Part shown: positions 24,981 through 39,094 of the stretch, piece by piece
Layout: every line of letters starts with the position of its first letter
Numbering within the stretch: the stretch's first letter is position 1
Origin: Phoronis australis
Taxonomy: Eukaryota > Animalia > Phoronida
Direction of reading: 5' to 3'
DNA length: 64,000 bases
NCBI GenBank assembly: GCA_002633005.1
Contig: NMRA01000396.1
Span: 1 to 64,000 of the forward strand
The notes under the pieces: model-generated
What the model saw: only the letters and a program-made list of their open reading frames with translations
Database searches by the model: none
What the model was told of the DNA's origin: nothing
Made by a program: the position numbers and the translations under genes

Positions 24981-27900
24981 AGCAGAACCTAGGCACACCA
25001 AAGACAAAGCTAATCAACCTGGAAATCACAATTTATTTTAGGTTATGTCGCTGAGTCAGCGTATTCACTCCTTGGCACTTGGTCTAATCTACAAACACGA
25101 ACTCGAACCTCGAGTTGCTCTTTTTACTTTTCAGTTACCTATCAATACGTTCTCGCAATACAAGCATTCAAGCTATGAGTTCGAATCTGAACGCCGTGGA
25201 ATCTCGAAATTGTGACTCGAATCCAGAGGCCAGCCAGTGCATGTACAAACTTACTAATGGAAAGCCCAAACGGAAACATTCTAACTCAATTTTTCTATTC
25301 AGGAATTAACTTTAAAGTCAAAAACATCACTTTCACTGTACTGGACCAAAAAACGATTCAAAAGTAGCTTAATTCCTAAGTGAAGGTGACATTTGTTATT
25401 ATTGTACATGAAGTGATATGTGGTTTAAAAAGGGAAGTCCTAGTGAATCTTTTTATCTCCGATAACTGCAAATCTTGTTTTGAGCATATTAAAATAAGTG
25501 CCTGGAAGTTTTCGTTTTGTCATTCCATACTAATGTGCGCAATCCATAATATACTCAACCACACAAGCAAATCCACTTACCGTGTAAGCCGAATCCGTCA
25601 CGAGGAAGGAAACATCGGGAGTTACTCGTTCACTTTCAACGATAATGGTAGCTAAAGTAGAAAAGGGGAAACTATTATGAACCAATTCACGTTGATTATT
25701 GACTGAGATTACTTACTCAAATAAAGTAATTCACTAGTCAGATAGAACGCTAGAAAATATCTATAAATCAAATAAACAATCTTATATGCACTTCTACAAT
25801 AAATAGGGCGTGTATCTTAAGGATATCTCAAACCTTCTTCGAAAAAAAATTTCGTTTTTACAATTATATTTAACACATGTCTACAGAATACCTTATCTTC
25901 ATTCTCGGGAAACTTCAAATACGAAATATATACCGTGCAGCGAGAAAAAAATGACATAGCGGAACCACCTTCAACTACGTGGAAATTCGTTTACCTTTTA
26001 TCCACGATCAAAGTTACAGAGCTGTGAATGAAATCGAATTACCCGCTTACTTTGAGCACATTCACAGTACTTTCATTTACCGAGTAGTCATAAGACTGAG
26101 TTAACGAGGAGTACATACATGTATCATGGGAAGATGCCGCAGAAAACGAAGACGAAGCGGCCGTTGATAACGTTATGCCAAATGCATGAAGTCGCTGCGC
26201 AGCGTCTGGCATCACGAATACAAGGTGTAAAACAATATAAATCCTCACCCAAATTCATTAATTTCACCGATAATTTCATATTTAGCTGTTTCGATCCCGT
26301 GCTCACGGTGCGCTTTAACTCACAGGAACCCGATTTCTATTCGACATTTTGTGGTTGTTTTTTTAAGTCTACCCGGTGCGTGCTTCGGCACGTGTTGCAC
26401 ACTACAATGTAGACCAACTGTTGACCTATTTCAATACATCAAGAGAAAAGCTCCTCCACTGACGAGTTTTGATTTGATTCATCGTCACCCGACTTAACAA
26501 AATTGGAAAGAATTAAGTATCAGTCCACGGATCCACCGAGCACAGTACAGGCAGCAAGCGGCAAGGTGGGAGGTTAACCATTCAGAACCACGTTTAGTCT
26601 AATAAATCATATTAGGGATGAGAGAAATTGGGTAAAGTATGACATTGCAGTCTTCTGGAGGACAAAATGAGGCAATTTCTTGATGCGTAATGAACCATTT
26701 TTGACTATATTTTCCACTGCAGTTTCTGCTTCAAACTGAATGTTTTCGGACACCGACACTAAAAACCGGATACCATCGAAACACCGGAAAGGTTTCAGTG
26801 GAGATATATTTCATGCTTGTGCAAAAGAGAAAACCGAAAATAATAACACGGGCATGTAGAAGACTCCATTCCCTTTAAAGAAATACAAAAAAAAAAGTGT
26901 CTGCCCTTCTTGCAGTCGTCGGAAAAAGTGTCTGAATTTCACTGTTTTCAGACGGCACATTGTTGTATTTATGTTTAACTAGTTACTATTTGTGCGCCGT
27001 TTGAACGCATTAAAGTGACGTAAATGTAAATACAACAATTTAAAGAATTGGTTTGCTTAAATATTTTTAATTGATTTTACGGACACAAAAGGTTCTCACC
27101 AAAATATAAATAACATTAGATTTGTTAATCCAACTCATTGGATACCAAACTAAGGCAACAATGCGTTAGTTAAATGATGGCTGATATGCCTGAATCATCG
27201 ATACAACCCTCGGGATCTATTGGCGTCGCCAAACACACTGTGTACACATCCACTGCACACGGGGGGGGGGACCCGAGAGGAGGGGAAACCCGACAGAGGT
27301 CTGAAAAATGACCAAAGACGTAAAATCAAGGCACAGCGTCTTGCGATGTTTGGGCTACCTCAGGTGGGAATCAACAAACTCTAGACCAGGGTCTGGCCTT
27401 GAGGAATAATTTTTAGAGCATGTCATTCGTGCATACACACCTTTATTCAAGCATTGTGATTGCTTAAAACTCGGGCCTTATTGCTTATCAAACCTTTTTT
27501 CAAATGTCTGGAAGTATATGATGTGCATTCAGATTGTTACAAAACGACAACATAAATGTAGAGAGAAACAGTTGATCAAAATGAATGCCACACCAAAAGT
27601 GTTAACAATATCCTGTCTGTGAAAATTACATTTGGTTAAGTTCATTAGTTTTGTTATGCGGGTAGGACAGCAACAGGTACCCGAAACAACAGAACTGTTG
27701 TCCAGGGCTGTCGTACGGTGGTCCACAAATCTTTGCTTTCGCTTCGGTTCCAGTAACCGTAAGCGCCACTTAATGGCCAGTATGATTACCAAACTGAAAC
27801 TATGTTCCATTGACATAGACAATAAGTAGTCATCATAACTTTTCATAATAACCACCAAATGCGTTCAAAGGTTTTACGTGACTTCTGTCCATCATGACCT

Positions 27901-29249
27901 AGTTTAGAGACAAGCGAGTAAGTTATGTCCGATCGAATATCAAGTTAATTAAAGATTGCAAAGCCGTCAAAATATTATGCATTTATCTTAAAAATGACAT
28001 TGATATTAAGTTGTGATTTTGCAAAGAATAAATAAACTGGTAAAAGCTTACAAAAATAATCAGTTGCTAAAAAGTTGAACGGGACTAAAAAATGTGGAAC
28101 TTTTGTAGGCCTATTGTGCAGTTTTGCTCAATCACTCATCGTTGAGATAGAAGATAAAGTCGCACATCAAAATACGCCCTCCCAAAATTGGAATAAAAAA
28201 GACAGGAAATTCGTGATCCATACATGTAGGTCTCCCAAATTGGTCCGTATACTTGAGGCGCTGTGGGTCATCTGATCAGATAACCACGTTATTTGAAAAA
28301 GACGCTTGAAGCTCCACTAAAGGATTCCAACGTTGTTTCATGAATGCTGAATTTGCAGTCGAATTCAAAGTTCCTGTTTACTTCATAAGATTATCAAGAA
28401 GCGGTGTACTTCGTGGTTGCTTTATTTTTAAGTAAACTAACAAAAAATCAAAGTGACTGTTGTTAGGGTTCCACAATGTTTATCGACGATCTTGAACCTA
28501 GGATTTTCATGTCATACTTGTGGATGAAAATAGTGTATGCTATGTATACAACGGATTACAAAAATCACATTATTACATAAGTCAGATGTTAGTTTAGAAA
28601 TCTGTTTTGTTGAAATGGTTAACTTTTTGTGTTCATCGTAATGATGGGCTCATGTGGAGTGCAGAATGGTGTTGCTCAACTTAGATTGCGAGTCATTTCA
28701 GCTGCCATCTACAGCTGTGTCATTTAAGCTGATGAGAAACTAGGATGGTAATGAACTAGGGAGGTGAGATCTTTTACGGTTGCACTGGGGATCTTGCATG
28801 GTCTTGCTAGAAATTGTTTAGCAAATACATAGTATACCGTGAAACCAAGTCAGATTCTGAGCCCATGGACAGTAACGGTATTTACTCGTAAAATCTGTAA
28901 CAAACTTTTCAATCGCATAAAATCGGTCAATTGTTTTATGTTTCAATGTTTATGAAGAAAAAATATAATGCGCAGCGGATGCATTTCACAATAAAATGCT
29001 GACACATAGGTAATTTAAATCGGTCTCAATATTTTCTACATGTAGTTTGCCATACTTCTATTTTTCTATTTTAGACATTTGTCCTCCTGTCAAGTACTTA
29101 GAAATTCATTTTGTAAATTTTTATAATCAAATCTGAATGACTTATTTGTGATGCCTACACTTTAGTTTGGTATTCATACTTTCTAAGCCTAATAGCCACA
29201 TTAAATTTTATGTTTAATTTTCTCATTACCACAATTTTAGAAATCGGGA

Positions 29250-29550
29250 ATGGCTTTTTATGCTGGAGAAGTGACTTCCGCTGAAGTTGAAGACCTGCCG
29301 ATTATTAGAAAAGGTTGGGTATGGAAAAGCTCAAAACCAGCAAGGAGCTACTCTGAACCGTTGAAAAATTCCTTCTGGACGAGTTTTTGTGAGGACAAGA
29401 GACAGGCCGAAAAGTTTACACCCAGAAGATGTGTCAAAGAAAATCTGTAACTTGAGGAACGAGTTGGGGTAAACATTATTTTCCGAAGATCACTGGCTTA
29501 CACCACAACAGGTCTAAAGTTACTTTTTGAGACTGGCCGATATTAGCAAA
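29250..29550 (+). pseudogene. degraded DNA-transposase C-terminal remnant (possibly Sola3-like)
   Basis: KGWVWKSSKPARSYSEPLK..., then after a frameshift HPEDVSKKICNLRNELG*TLFSEDHWLTPQQV*SYFLRL. Resembles the GWALK...LF..E.LT.QQI.SYFSR tail I recall from invertebrate transposases; superfamily assignment is from memory. Confidence 0.45.
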
Positions 29551-31677
29551 TGTGGGGTAGTTGGATATAAGAGATATGACAGAGGAAGTGTGGAGAGAGC
29601 CAATCTGCGCTTTATGATCGTCATGGATGTAGCATTGTAAAACTTCAAACGGAGGAAACAGCACAGTGGCTGGACCTGGAAATACTGGTGGCCCTATTAT
29701 GTCGACGCAGCTGTGTAGGGAAGTAGACATGCGCGTTGTTGCAAGCTTTGTTTGCACGAGAACTGCCGTGCGAACAGCACAAATCTAAGTTTATCTGGTA
29801 ATGAATATTTGTCCGGTCATCGATCATGATCCTGGGCCATTGGGTTGAGTTGGTACGGCCACACGGTAATGGTACGGCCACATGGTAATGGTACGCAGCC
29901 TTTTTTACATTTAGAAGTTTGTTTCATGATTTCTGGTCAATGTACATTTTGTTGTTTTCCTTGAAAATGTGTAATTAACCTGAAGTTATGTTTCCGCATT
30001 TTATTTACCATTATGGAATTTTGTAAGTATTCATTACTGCAAGTTGATTCCCTGTTGCAGTTTTCCTGGTTTTGTTCTCAATTTGTTCCTCATCCAGGTG
30101 GAATGCAAGTGAATTCTGGAATTGCAAAGAATGGACAGTTTGCTGTTCCTTTAGACCATGTTCTGTGCATAAAATCTAACACTATTAGACAAGCCATCTT
30201 ATAGAGCCTGGTCTCTAGAAATTACGAATTGCCACTTCTTTCGAAATTGTGAAATCGCTCGAAATAGACCAGGAAATAATACGCGACCTATTTTATGACA
30301 GTAAGCTGTCTAAATATAAAATTGGTGTACTTGATTGTTGGCGGATTCATGACCACTTCAAATGGTTTTTATTGCAGTATCGTAATGAACAGTATTGGCA
30401 CTTTAGATCTGATGACCCCTTGGCTTTTGGTGAATTGACCATTTTATGGTTCCATATGTAATTTCGTAATCGGTCTAGTAAGTCTGTACAACAGCAATCG
30501 CACGGCAATCATAACGCAAACCATGTTTCAAAACATTTTACCATAACCATTTCAATGCAAAATGATGTCTAATTGGAACCGACAAGCCAATTTTTCACTT
30601 CGTTGCGGTTATTTGTTGATAAGAACATTAATGTAGTACATAATTCCCCCTACAAACAGCCACCTCAAGTTTGTGAACATGAAGAAATTTACAGTACTGT
30701 CAGCGACATTGCGAAATCCTTTTTTTTGCAGTGAGACTACATCACCTTAAATGTAATTCCCTGACTTTATGATGTTTGTGTGGTTGACTCTGTCCTGTAA
30801 CAATTGGAGTGTTGAAAAGGTATGAAAGTAATTTGTTTATTAGAGTTATGACATTTACACTTTTGACTGCAGTTACATGTATCATTGTATTGTATTATGA
30901 AAACATATTTTATAGTATACAAGTCTCTGGATGGTGTATAATTATATTTTCTCACTCGGAATATTTTCAACTAAGATGAGTTGTCTGTGAGGTAGACAAC
31001 TTTCAAATGAGATGAGGAATAAAATGAAATGGTCAAATGTTGTTTTAATTTAGGCGTATGATCTTCCATTTAGTGATTACTTAAAAAATCAGTGAAGATT
31101 TGATATTTACTCTTCATTTAATGGATAATGAATCCATAAACCTGCATTACAACGGAATCTGAGCCCGCACCATGAGCAATACAACACAATTCATGGAAAT
31201 AAAATGTGGTGTTTAGGTTCCACGGAACGGATCCGTGTGCGTAGTAAGAGTTAGTGCGATGCGTGATAAGTGTTTGTGGTTACTTTTGTATTCCTCTTCC
31301 GTGGTCACCCACGGGAAACCTGGTGGCATATAGATCGATAGATTAGCATCCGCCGCTGTTTTAATTAAGTTAATGACAAGCATTTATCTTTAACTGTCTG
31401 ATGACCCATGCGACCTGTATTCTTATATCCTACAATGAGACAGCAAAGGAAAACGATGATAATCACGCGACGACTTGCCATGGACAGCAGTGGAGTTTGC
31501 CTCTGTATATCTTGTCGTCCAAATGTTTTTAGAGAATTGCAAACCCAGTATTTCGTCAGGAAAACAAAAGTCTTCTGTGGCGTTTTTAAGTTGTTTGTAA
31601 AATTATGATTATGGCACAAAACTTATTATTCATTTGATACTACAATGCAATACATGAACATTTGATCAACAGAAAAT

Positions 31678-32465
31678 GGATTGTTCTGAAACCCCGTCGA
31701 TCCCCACACCCCTCAACCCACAACCCCCTCGACCCACGACCCACAACCCCCTCGACCCAGTCTACCAATCTCGACTCGATCTGAACATAGAACAAGCGCC
31801 GATTTGTAGGACCAGTGAGTTGGGCCATGAGCTCAGCTGGCATTTCCCTGTTTTTTATTGCACTTAAGGCAGTCGATTTGTCAAGTTTGAAAACCAAAAA
31901 CAGAAGAAAAACGCAACAAAATCAAATCAAAGACCAACCAACCTTACAAATGTCGTTCCCGGTAGAGTGTAATCGTCTCGTCTGCTTTTCAGTGAATTGC
32001 AGATTCAGCTTTTTGCGGAGAGTGCGAGGAACCGACAAAACTATAATTTCACCAGTAATCACAGTTCGAAAAAACAAACCAAACTGTTAACTGAAAAGTA
32101 TTTCAACTTTATATGGAGTATATTGTAAACGAGTTTTACTATGTAATGCAAATAATTAAAATGTGAAATTATGTACATTCACGTTATCGTACTGTTTCCC
32201 TAAGTTTATTGGAACTGGGACATTGATAGCCGCTTGTGGAACTATTTCCGTGACAACGATAGCTCGCCCAATGCGCTATTCAAGACCATCGACGTTCTCA
32301 CTCCAGCTTTTGGTTTTAATCACCAGACTTCAGCCAGAGCAGAGTCGCGGGTTGGTATGTCTTATGGGAAAGTCACCCAGCGACGTAATAACATTATGAG
32401 GGGTTGTGGGTCGAGGGAGTCGTGGGTCGAGGGCTGTGGATGTCGAGGGGGTTTCAGAACAATCC
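31678..32465 (+). mobile_element. foldback-like MITE family (9-bp TSD), copy 2
   Basis: TIR ggattgttctgaaacccc ... ggggtttcagaacaatcc; perfect TSD ACAGAAAAT at 31669-31677 and 32466-32474. Confidence 0.92.
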
Positions 32466-32742
32466 ACAGAAAATCTCTTTTCAATATACAAGGTACGACA
32501 ATCATAAAATCAAAATAACCAATGTTTTTCGAGTTCGTGTCTGTAACCCTATTCACTGGAGAGGACATAAGCGACTTTGTACAAAAATAGAGCCATGTAT
32601 GGCATCTGGGAGTATGATAGTGAAACATTCAGGAGTAACAAACTCGATTGAAAAATATCAAAAGATATTCAAGACAGACTGATTATACTGTGCTGGTGTA
32701 GCGATCCCACATATTTGGAAATTTCTCATTTTAGTACATTTT

Positions 32743-32933
32743 CATGGGCGTACCCAGCGGAGGGTGGGGCTCGACGGGCTCGACACAAAATTCCACAAAG
32801 GACACAATTCGTAGACCTGAACCTAGTGGCCCCCGTTTTTTTCTTTTTTAAGTCCTCGTTGATTTTATTCAGTAAAAGGTCCCCATGCCGAGAAATTTGA
32901 GCCACCCTATATTTTAGGCTGGGTGTGCGCATG
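32743..32933. mobile_element. MITE with CATGCGCGCACCCAG-type termini, copy 1
   Basis: catgggcgtacccagc ... gctgggtgtgcgcatg; related to 37484 and 61437; flanks atttt/atttg. Confidence 0.75.
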
Positions 32934-33510
32934 ATTTGAGGTGTCAAAATGTATAACTCATCAACAGGCAATGAAAGTAACATGTTTTGTCAATATTTTG
33001 GCCAAGTTTCATTGTCATACCATCATGGGCAGATTTGACATAGCAGTATATTAAACATAACCTCAAAATGGCATAACCGAGGGGATAGTGTAGTAAAACT
33101 ATTGAGGGTAGTAAATTGGTATCTTCTTTCAAGACATCTGTATAACAATATATTGGTATCACTAAACAATGCCAAGTGAATAATAGTTCAATAATTTTCA
33201 TTCAACGACAAAACAACACAGCTAAAATTGGACAATTTTTTCAGCGTGAAAACCTGGGTGCAAAGCCGAAAAAATTGGTTTCGGCCTATAACTTTGGTGG
33301 TAGAGCATACCATTTTTGGGAAATATTTTACTACTGTTTATACATGTAGATCCCATAGGACTACCTATTTGTCAAATTTGGTGGAAATTGGTGACCCCCA
33401 CCTTGCCGCTGCATGGCTGGTGCTCTCGTGGACTAGTACTTAAGTTAATTACGCACTGCCAATCCAGTTAACATGAAGAGTGAATGTTGAAATATAGCTA
33501 AGTAGGTAAA

Positions 33511-34522
33511 TATAGATTATTACATGGCGAAGTTGTTATCCCCCGTTATCTAGAGCCCGAGTGAATTTTGGAGAATTATTGCCCGAGGGGCGTTATACCA
33601 CATACTGAACGATAAACATTGCAATGAATCGATCTACCTTTCTCGACTCTCCTCGGCTTTGTAACTACTTTCTATGTCAGAGGCCCGGGGTCGGAGGTCG
33701 TGACCTTTTAAGAAAAACCGTGTTATTTCTGTCAAATAATGCTTTAACCAAAACCAATTGAAAAAAAAAACAAACTAGAAATAAAGTGAATCTATAAATT
33801 AAGGTTTAGCAACTAATATAGCTTACTACACATTTTATCACGCTAAGCTTGGACCGGGAAAACATCGTCTGCTAAAGTAGGCTACCACTAATAACTGACT
33901 ATAATGCTCAAGTCAAAGGATCCCGACGACACGATACCCGCATTCAAATTGGAGATCGGTGATTTACAAGTGAGAGAACACGAGAGAAAAATGTCACTGA
34001 ATTAAAATATCGTTTTTATGGAAATTATTTGTCTTATATTTCAAAACGTATAAATGTCGGAGCAACGCCCTTTGCTGAACATGCGATTGTTGCGCGTGCT
34101 CATTTAAGTATTCTATTTTCAGGTTCGATGACGTCAGCCGCTGAGTGGTGTAGTGGTAAAGTCGGCGATTCGAAACTCTTGAGACCCGGGTTCAAATCCG
34201 GCCTCGGTTACCCGCCAAAATGATATCTCACCAGTGAGATAACTTTATGGGTTATTACACGGTTGTATCTGCCATTCCAGGCTAATATGGGTCTTTGAAG
34301 TAGAAAGTAGTTACAAAGCCGAGGCGAGTCGAGAAAGGTAGATCGATTCATTGCCATGTTTCTCGTTCAGTATGTGGGATAAATAGATTATTACGTGTTC
34401 TCTGCCGTTATCCCCCTTATCTAGAGCCCTCGTGGACTTTGGAGAATTATCACCAAATTCTCCAAAATCCACTCAGGCTCTAGATAACGGGGTGTTACGA
34501 CTTCGCCATGTAATAATCTATA
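33511..34522. mobile_element. ~1-kb non-autonomous element with long composite inverted termini
   Basis: tatagattattacatggcgaag...ggagaatt at left is inverted at 34456-34522. A second block (33598-33674) is inverted at 34301-34376. An extra forward TIR copy at about 34383-34449 makes a terminal hairpin. Confidence 0.85.
34139..34209 (+). pseudogene. tRNA-like pseudogene / Pol III cassette
   Basis: A box TGGTGTAGTGG, B box GGTTCAAATCC, partial acceptor stem gctgag/ctcggt; D and anticodon stems broken. Confidence 0.6.
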
Positions 34523-36081
34523 TGTATAGGTAGCTTTCTCGTAACGTTTCCGGCTTTTTCTCGGCTCCGGCAAATCGATTTAAATTGTATTTATGTACAC
34601 GAATTCTCGAAAACGGCTCTGTGAATTACACTGAAACTTTCAAAGTTTAATGTTTGTTTACCGATCTCCAAAACGGAGCTAGGATTTTCCTTTTAAATGT
34701 CTAGTTTTTTTGAAGGCCCGCAGCCAGCATTCCGTGAGGGTGGTCGGAATTCAAGCTAGATCGGTAGACCTTTGATTATTGCAATCGTCCACACTGCAGG
34801 GTTTTCGGTAAGGCCCTTGACTCTTAATAAGGGGGGGGGGGGGGGTNGTGGGTAGGAGGGGAGAGAAGTTTTTATACACAAAGATGATTCTCAGCTCATG
34901 TTCCTGTGATAAGACGGAATTCGTTATACCAGAAATGAGGATATCGTGACGGTTGCAAAATACGGGACTCAGATTCGAATATAATGTGGTCCAGAAAGAG
35001 AACGTTCTCGCGTTACCTCCTGTTAAACTTTCAAATCAAGCGTGCTTAAATAAGTGATTACATTCCATTGCATACTCGGACGGAAATATTTAGTAGGAGA
35101 ATGACTTGACGAAATTTTTGTCTGGTTGTATATTTGCGTGTTACTTAAGTTGCTTATATCGCTGGAAATGAGAACAGCTCGCTATTCCTAAGGTTTACTA
35201 TTCTGAAGCTTCATTACTCCGAAAATATCTAAAATTTCGAACCCGAGTGTACTTTTTATACATCTACATGCAAAAATAATTGATATTTCGGTTATTGTGA
35301 GGCAGCGGTGTACATACCGACGACAACGCCCGAGTACTAAATCACTTTCTTTGAATTTCGTGCTCATGTGAAATTGCCCGCATGTCTCAAGTTACGAATA
35401 CGGCAAAATGAGTACGTACTTCCATTTTGAAAAGAAAATGATAAATTATCAACCACGATATATTCATGAAATCCAAGTCAAAATCGCATCATTTCACAGC
35501 GCGACTGAAAATGTCGCAGAATGTGTTATTGTGGTTTGACATCATTTTGGTTAAGTCGGTGTATTACATCACTTTCTGTTGTTGTTTACTACCACTTTCT
35601 CAGAATAGGGAATTAGTAATGCTTCCTATTCCTAGAACTGTTTGTTATTGATCGTAGTACATCCCTTATTTTTTATCTTGTTTCATTGGTTAATTAGCGT
35701 TTCTCTAGTCTCTATACCTGTATCAATTATTTTTACTTGTATTCAGTAGTAGTAGTTGTTGATTTTCCGCATTCAGAGTTGTTCTCTTCATGTAACGTTT
35801 GTAGTCTTCAATATACTAGTCAACACTCATCTCTTGTTCTTTCCTACAAACCACCTCTGCGTACCTACAGTAGCCAAACCGCATTTTCCCCGTACGCCAC
35901 AGAAAAATTTTGGGCCACTGCGCCTCAGCCTAACCCACCGAAACCTCGCGCACGGCAGGATAGAAACTAAATGTAGTTAGTACGCTACCCTTCGCTGGCA
36001 GTCTTCATGAAGTCAGGGAGTTCCATTCAGTCTTCTTAAATTTAAAATTGACGTTGGTCCCTGCAGCCCTCACCCGAGACC

Positions 36082-36219
36082 AGGCGTTCGTTCAGTAGCT
36101 CTAGGACCTAGCTAAAATCCAGTCAGTCACGTGTTCTAATTTAATATACACGGGAATATCTCACGTAATATCGCGATGTCTTGTTTTTAACGAGATCCTA
36201 GCGTTACTGAACGGGAGGC
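36082..36219. mobile_element. ~140-bp MITE, copy 2
   Basis: Aligns with 6262-6399 (ctaggacctagctaaa ... atctcacgtaat ... cctagcgttactgaa). Confidence 0.7.
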
Positions 36220-36414
36220 AGATGTTGTCCGTGCTTGAGAGTGTGTCGTTAGTTAGATTCAAAAATCACGATTGGCAGTGATTTGAAATAAGCTCATTTG
36301 TAACCAATGTGATCATTTTTTAAGAAATATTCAACTCTTACACTTTTTAAATGGCTACTAAATCATGATTGACATAAACACAATACTTTTTTCATTTCAA
36401 TTCTGATTCATTAC

Positions 36415-36520
36415 CAGTAGTGAACTTTTGAAGGTATCGAAACTTCAGGGAAATGAGTTTTCGGAGTACCGAACCTTCGGAGTAGTGGAATTTCGGAGTA
36501 GTGAACCTTCAGAATAGTGA
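36415..36520. repeat. degenerate ~16-bp tandem repeat (agtagtgaaccttcgg)
   Basis: About 6 variant units read directly. Confidence 0.7.
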
Positions 36521-37483
36521 CATGTAAACTTGGAAATATTTCCCATAAAGTTTATTGCTCGTATGAAGTCTGTGAGTCTGTGCACCATTGACACTGGTTG
36601 ACAGGAGAAGACTTTATTCATTGACCAAAGTTTTCATTAGGTCTAGACCTACCTTTTCCCAATAATGTGAATATGCTTGTTGAGGTTTCCTTAGTGCAAG
36701 AAAACACGGTAGTTAAACGTCTGGTTTTTTGAGCAACGACGGAGGTCTGCCTAAGTATAATGAACTTACTGTCGTCGTGTACTGAATTTAAAAGAACGGA
36801 AGCACACACACATGTATATGTATGCATGTCGATACACCAATCCACAATCAAAGTGGACACTGGATGAACAACATATTTGACGATCACTTTCAATTCGAAA
36901 TTTGAAAATGCCTGCACCATACGAAAATAGCAGATAACAATAACCTATATTCTGCTGAGTAATAAAAAATTCTTAACATCGTTTTTGATGTAAATTGCGT
37001 TTACATTGAAAGGGATTTCATTACCAAAGGGTTATATTGCTATGAATATCCCTTTTTAAAAATGAAATTTGACTTAAAAAGGCGGTAACTTAAAAATAAT
37101 AATGGCACATGAATATAAAACATATTTTTATAATTTTTGGTCTGTTTTTATTCAGATAATATGTACTTTTACTAGTTAGCATAGTCTGGATTTTATATAC
37201 ATGTACGAGTTAGAAGGGAAGCCACTAAATAAGGTTTAAGCTAATATTGAATAGCAGCGTCAGTAGAAATATTTATCATACGTAAGTGATGTACGGCCAT
37301 ACAATTTGTTTTGTTCAACAATGAAACATTTGATTTGTTCACTTCAAATGACAAGAGAAGTTACACTGGAAAAAATGGAAACTATTGAATACCCACTTCG
37401 CAGCAGGCACAATTTAAGTAATTCGGTAGTAAGTTAGATCACGAAATAAAATGGTAAGTCGAAGTCCACAAACAGGAAGAGAG

Positions 37484-37754
37484 CATGCTCGCATCACCCA
37501 GGGGGTGGGGGTGGGGGGGGGTTCGGGGGCTCGAATGAGCCCCCCATTTAGCGAAGTGGGCAAAAAGACCGGCTCAGAGAAACAAAAAGACCATGAAAAC
37601 AAGACAAAAGTCCACTAAAACGGAGAAAATGCACAGTTCATAGCTCTGAACCTGGTACCCCGTTCTTTTTCTTTTTAGTACCCCTTTTGTTAGTAACCGG
37701 TTCACATTGTCAAAAATTCAAGCGCGCCTATAATTTAGGCTGGGTTCGCGCATG
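37484..37754. mobile_element. MITE with CATGCGCGCACCCAG-type termini, copy 2
   Basis: catgctcgcatcacccag ... ctgggttcgcgcatg; body aligns with 61437-61690; flanks gagag/cagag. Confidence 0.75.
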
Positions 37755-38700
37755 CAGAGAGAAGATGACAAATTGTGCCACCTAGAGGAAGACCACGTAG
37801 CTTGCGAATAAACTGAATATCAAGGAGACCAGTTCAATCAGAAGTTTGCTTAGTATGTGTATCAATGACACATGTAGTGATTGTATTTCGCACCCTGTCA
37901 GGTGCTTACACTTGCTTGCATGCCTATGTGCAGCTTTGAAAAAACAGAGGCGCTAGGCTGAAATAGATGCGGCCGACTTTCAGTAGATGAGCAAAAACAC
38001 AATTGGCATAGATAGGTTATAAGAAGGTACAGTGTCGACCATAAAAAAATAACTGTGATTTCCGGCATGCCCACACCAACCTGCACCACAATACCTTTCA
38101 GATCACCTGCTTGCTGGTAAACCATTGAAGCAAATTACGAATTTTACGTAAAAGTCTCCGAGATACGCCTTTTGCGTATTCCTATCGTAATCGGTGTATT
38201 AGCATTGCTAACGAACCCCCGCGACAGGCGTACCCCACAAATTGTGCCGATAGTGAGGGGTTAAGATCTTTATAGGAAAGTAGGTGCGTGACTTTTGTAA
38301 ACCATACGAACAAACTCGCATAGGCCGGTTGCTTACAGTTTAGCATTTGTAGTAATCCCCTTGGAGATCGTAGAAAGAATCTTTATTGAAAAAATACATT
38401 AAGATGAGAAACTTGCATCTTAAAATGCAGAAAACTGGAAATGTAATTATATATTAGTTGCCTGGTATCAGACGCCTCTTCATATCGAATGCCCCGCGCT
38501 GCTTCCAAATCCATATGTTTATTCATCTCAAATTATAGACACAGTAGCCGATGGTCAGGGATAAGCCAAACTAACAATTTGATCCCCCACGCTCACCTTT
38601 ACAACACTTTTCTTGATCCCTGTTACACTACTCACCTGAACGATCTTGGGGGACACTCGGCTGCTGGAGGTCACTATTATGCTTGAAAATAACAAATAAC

Positions 38701-38725
38701 AGACAGAGAGAGAGAGAGAGAGAGA
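38701..38725. repeat. (GA)n microsatellite
   Basis: agacagagagagagagagagagaga. Confidence 0.9.
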
Positions 38726-39094
38726 AGTAAAGAGGTATCAAAGCACAATGACCTTACTTTCCTAATGCAGAATTGACAGAAATATTAACCAAGGTTGCCT
38801 TCCGGATGATTTATATCAGAAACATAACAAGTACAAAACCATTTATCACTTAGTTGATCGTCATCAATCAAGTTCAAACCTAATACATTTGTAGTTTGTA
38901 CATACTTCATTTGTAAGATCCTAAACTATATAATTTTGAATGATTGCCTAGGATATAGGATATGCTCGATTGCATTACCCAGCAGATATCTTTGCCGGCT
39001 AGACATGCGAAATGGGGATATGTCTGCAGAAATCGCAGGCGATAATTTCAGGAAACAGGCCTTCGATTGCCTGTTTTTAGGAATCTAACGAAGC

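Noticed and set aside
34139-34209. Functional tRNA gene
   Set aside because: D, anticodon and T stems do not pair properly, and the sequence lies inside a repeat element.
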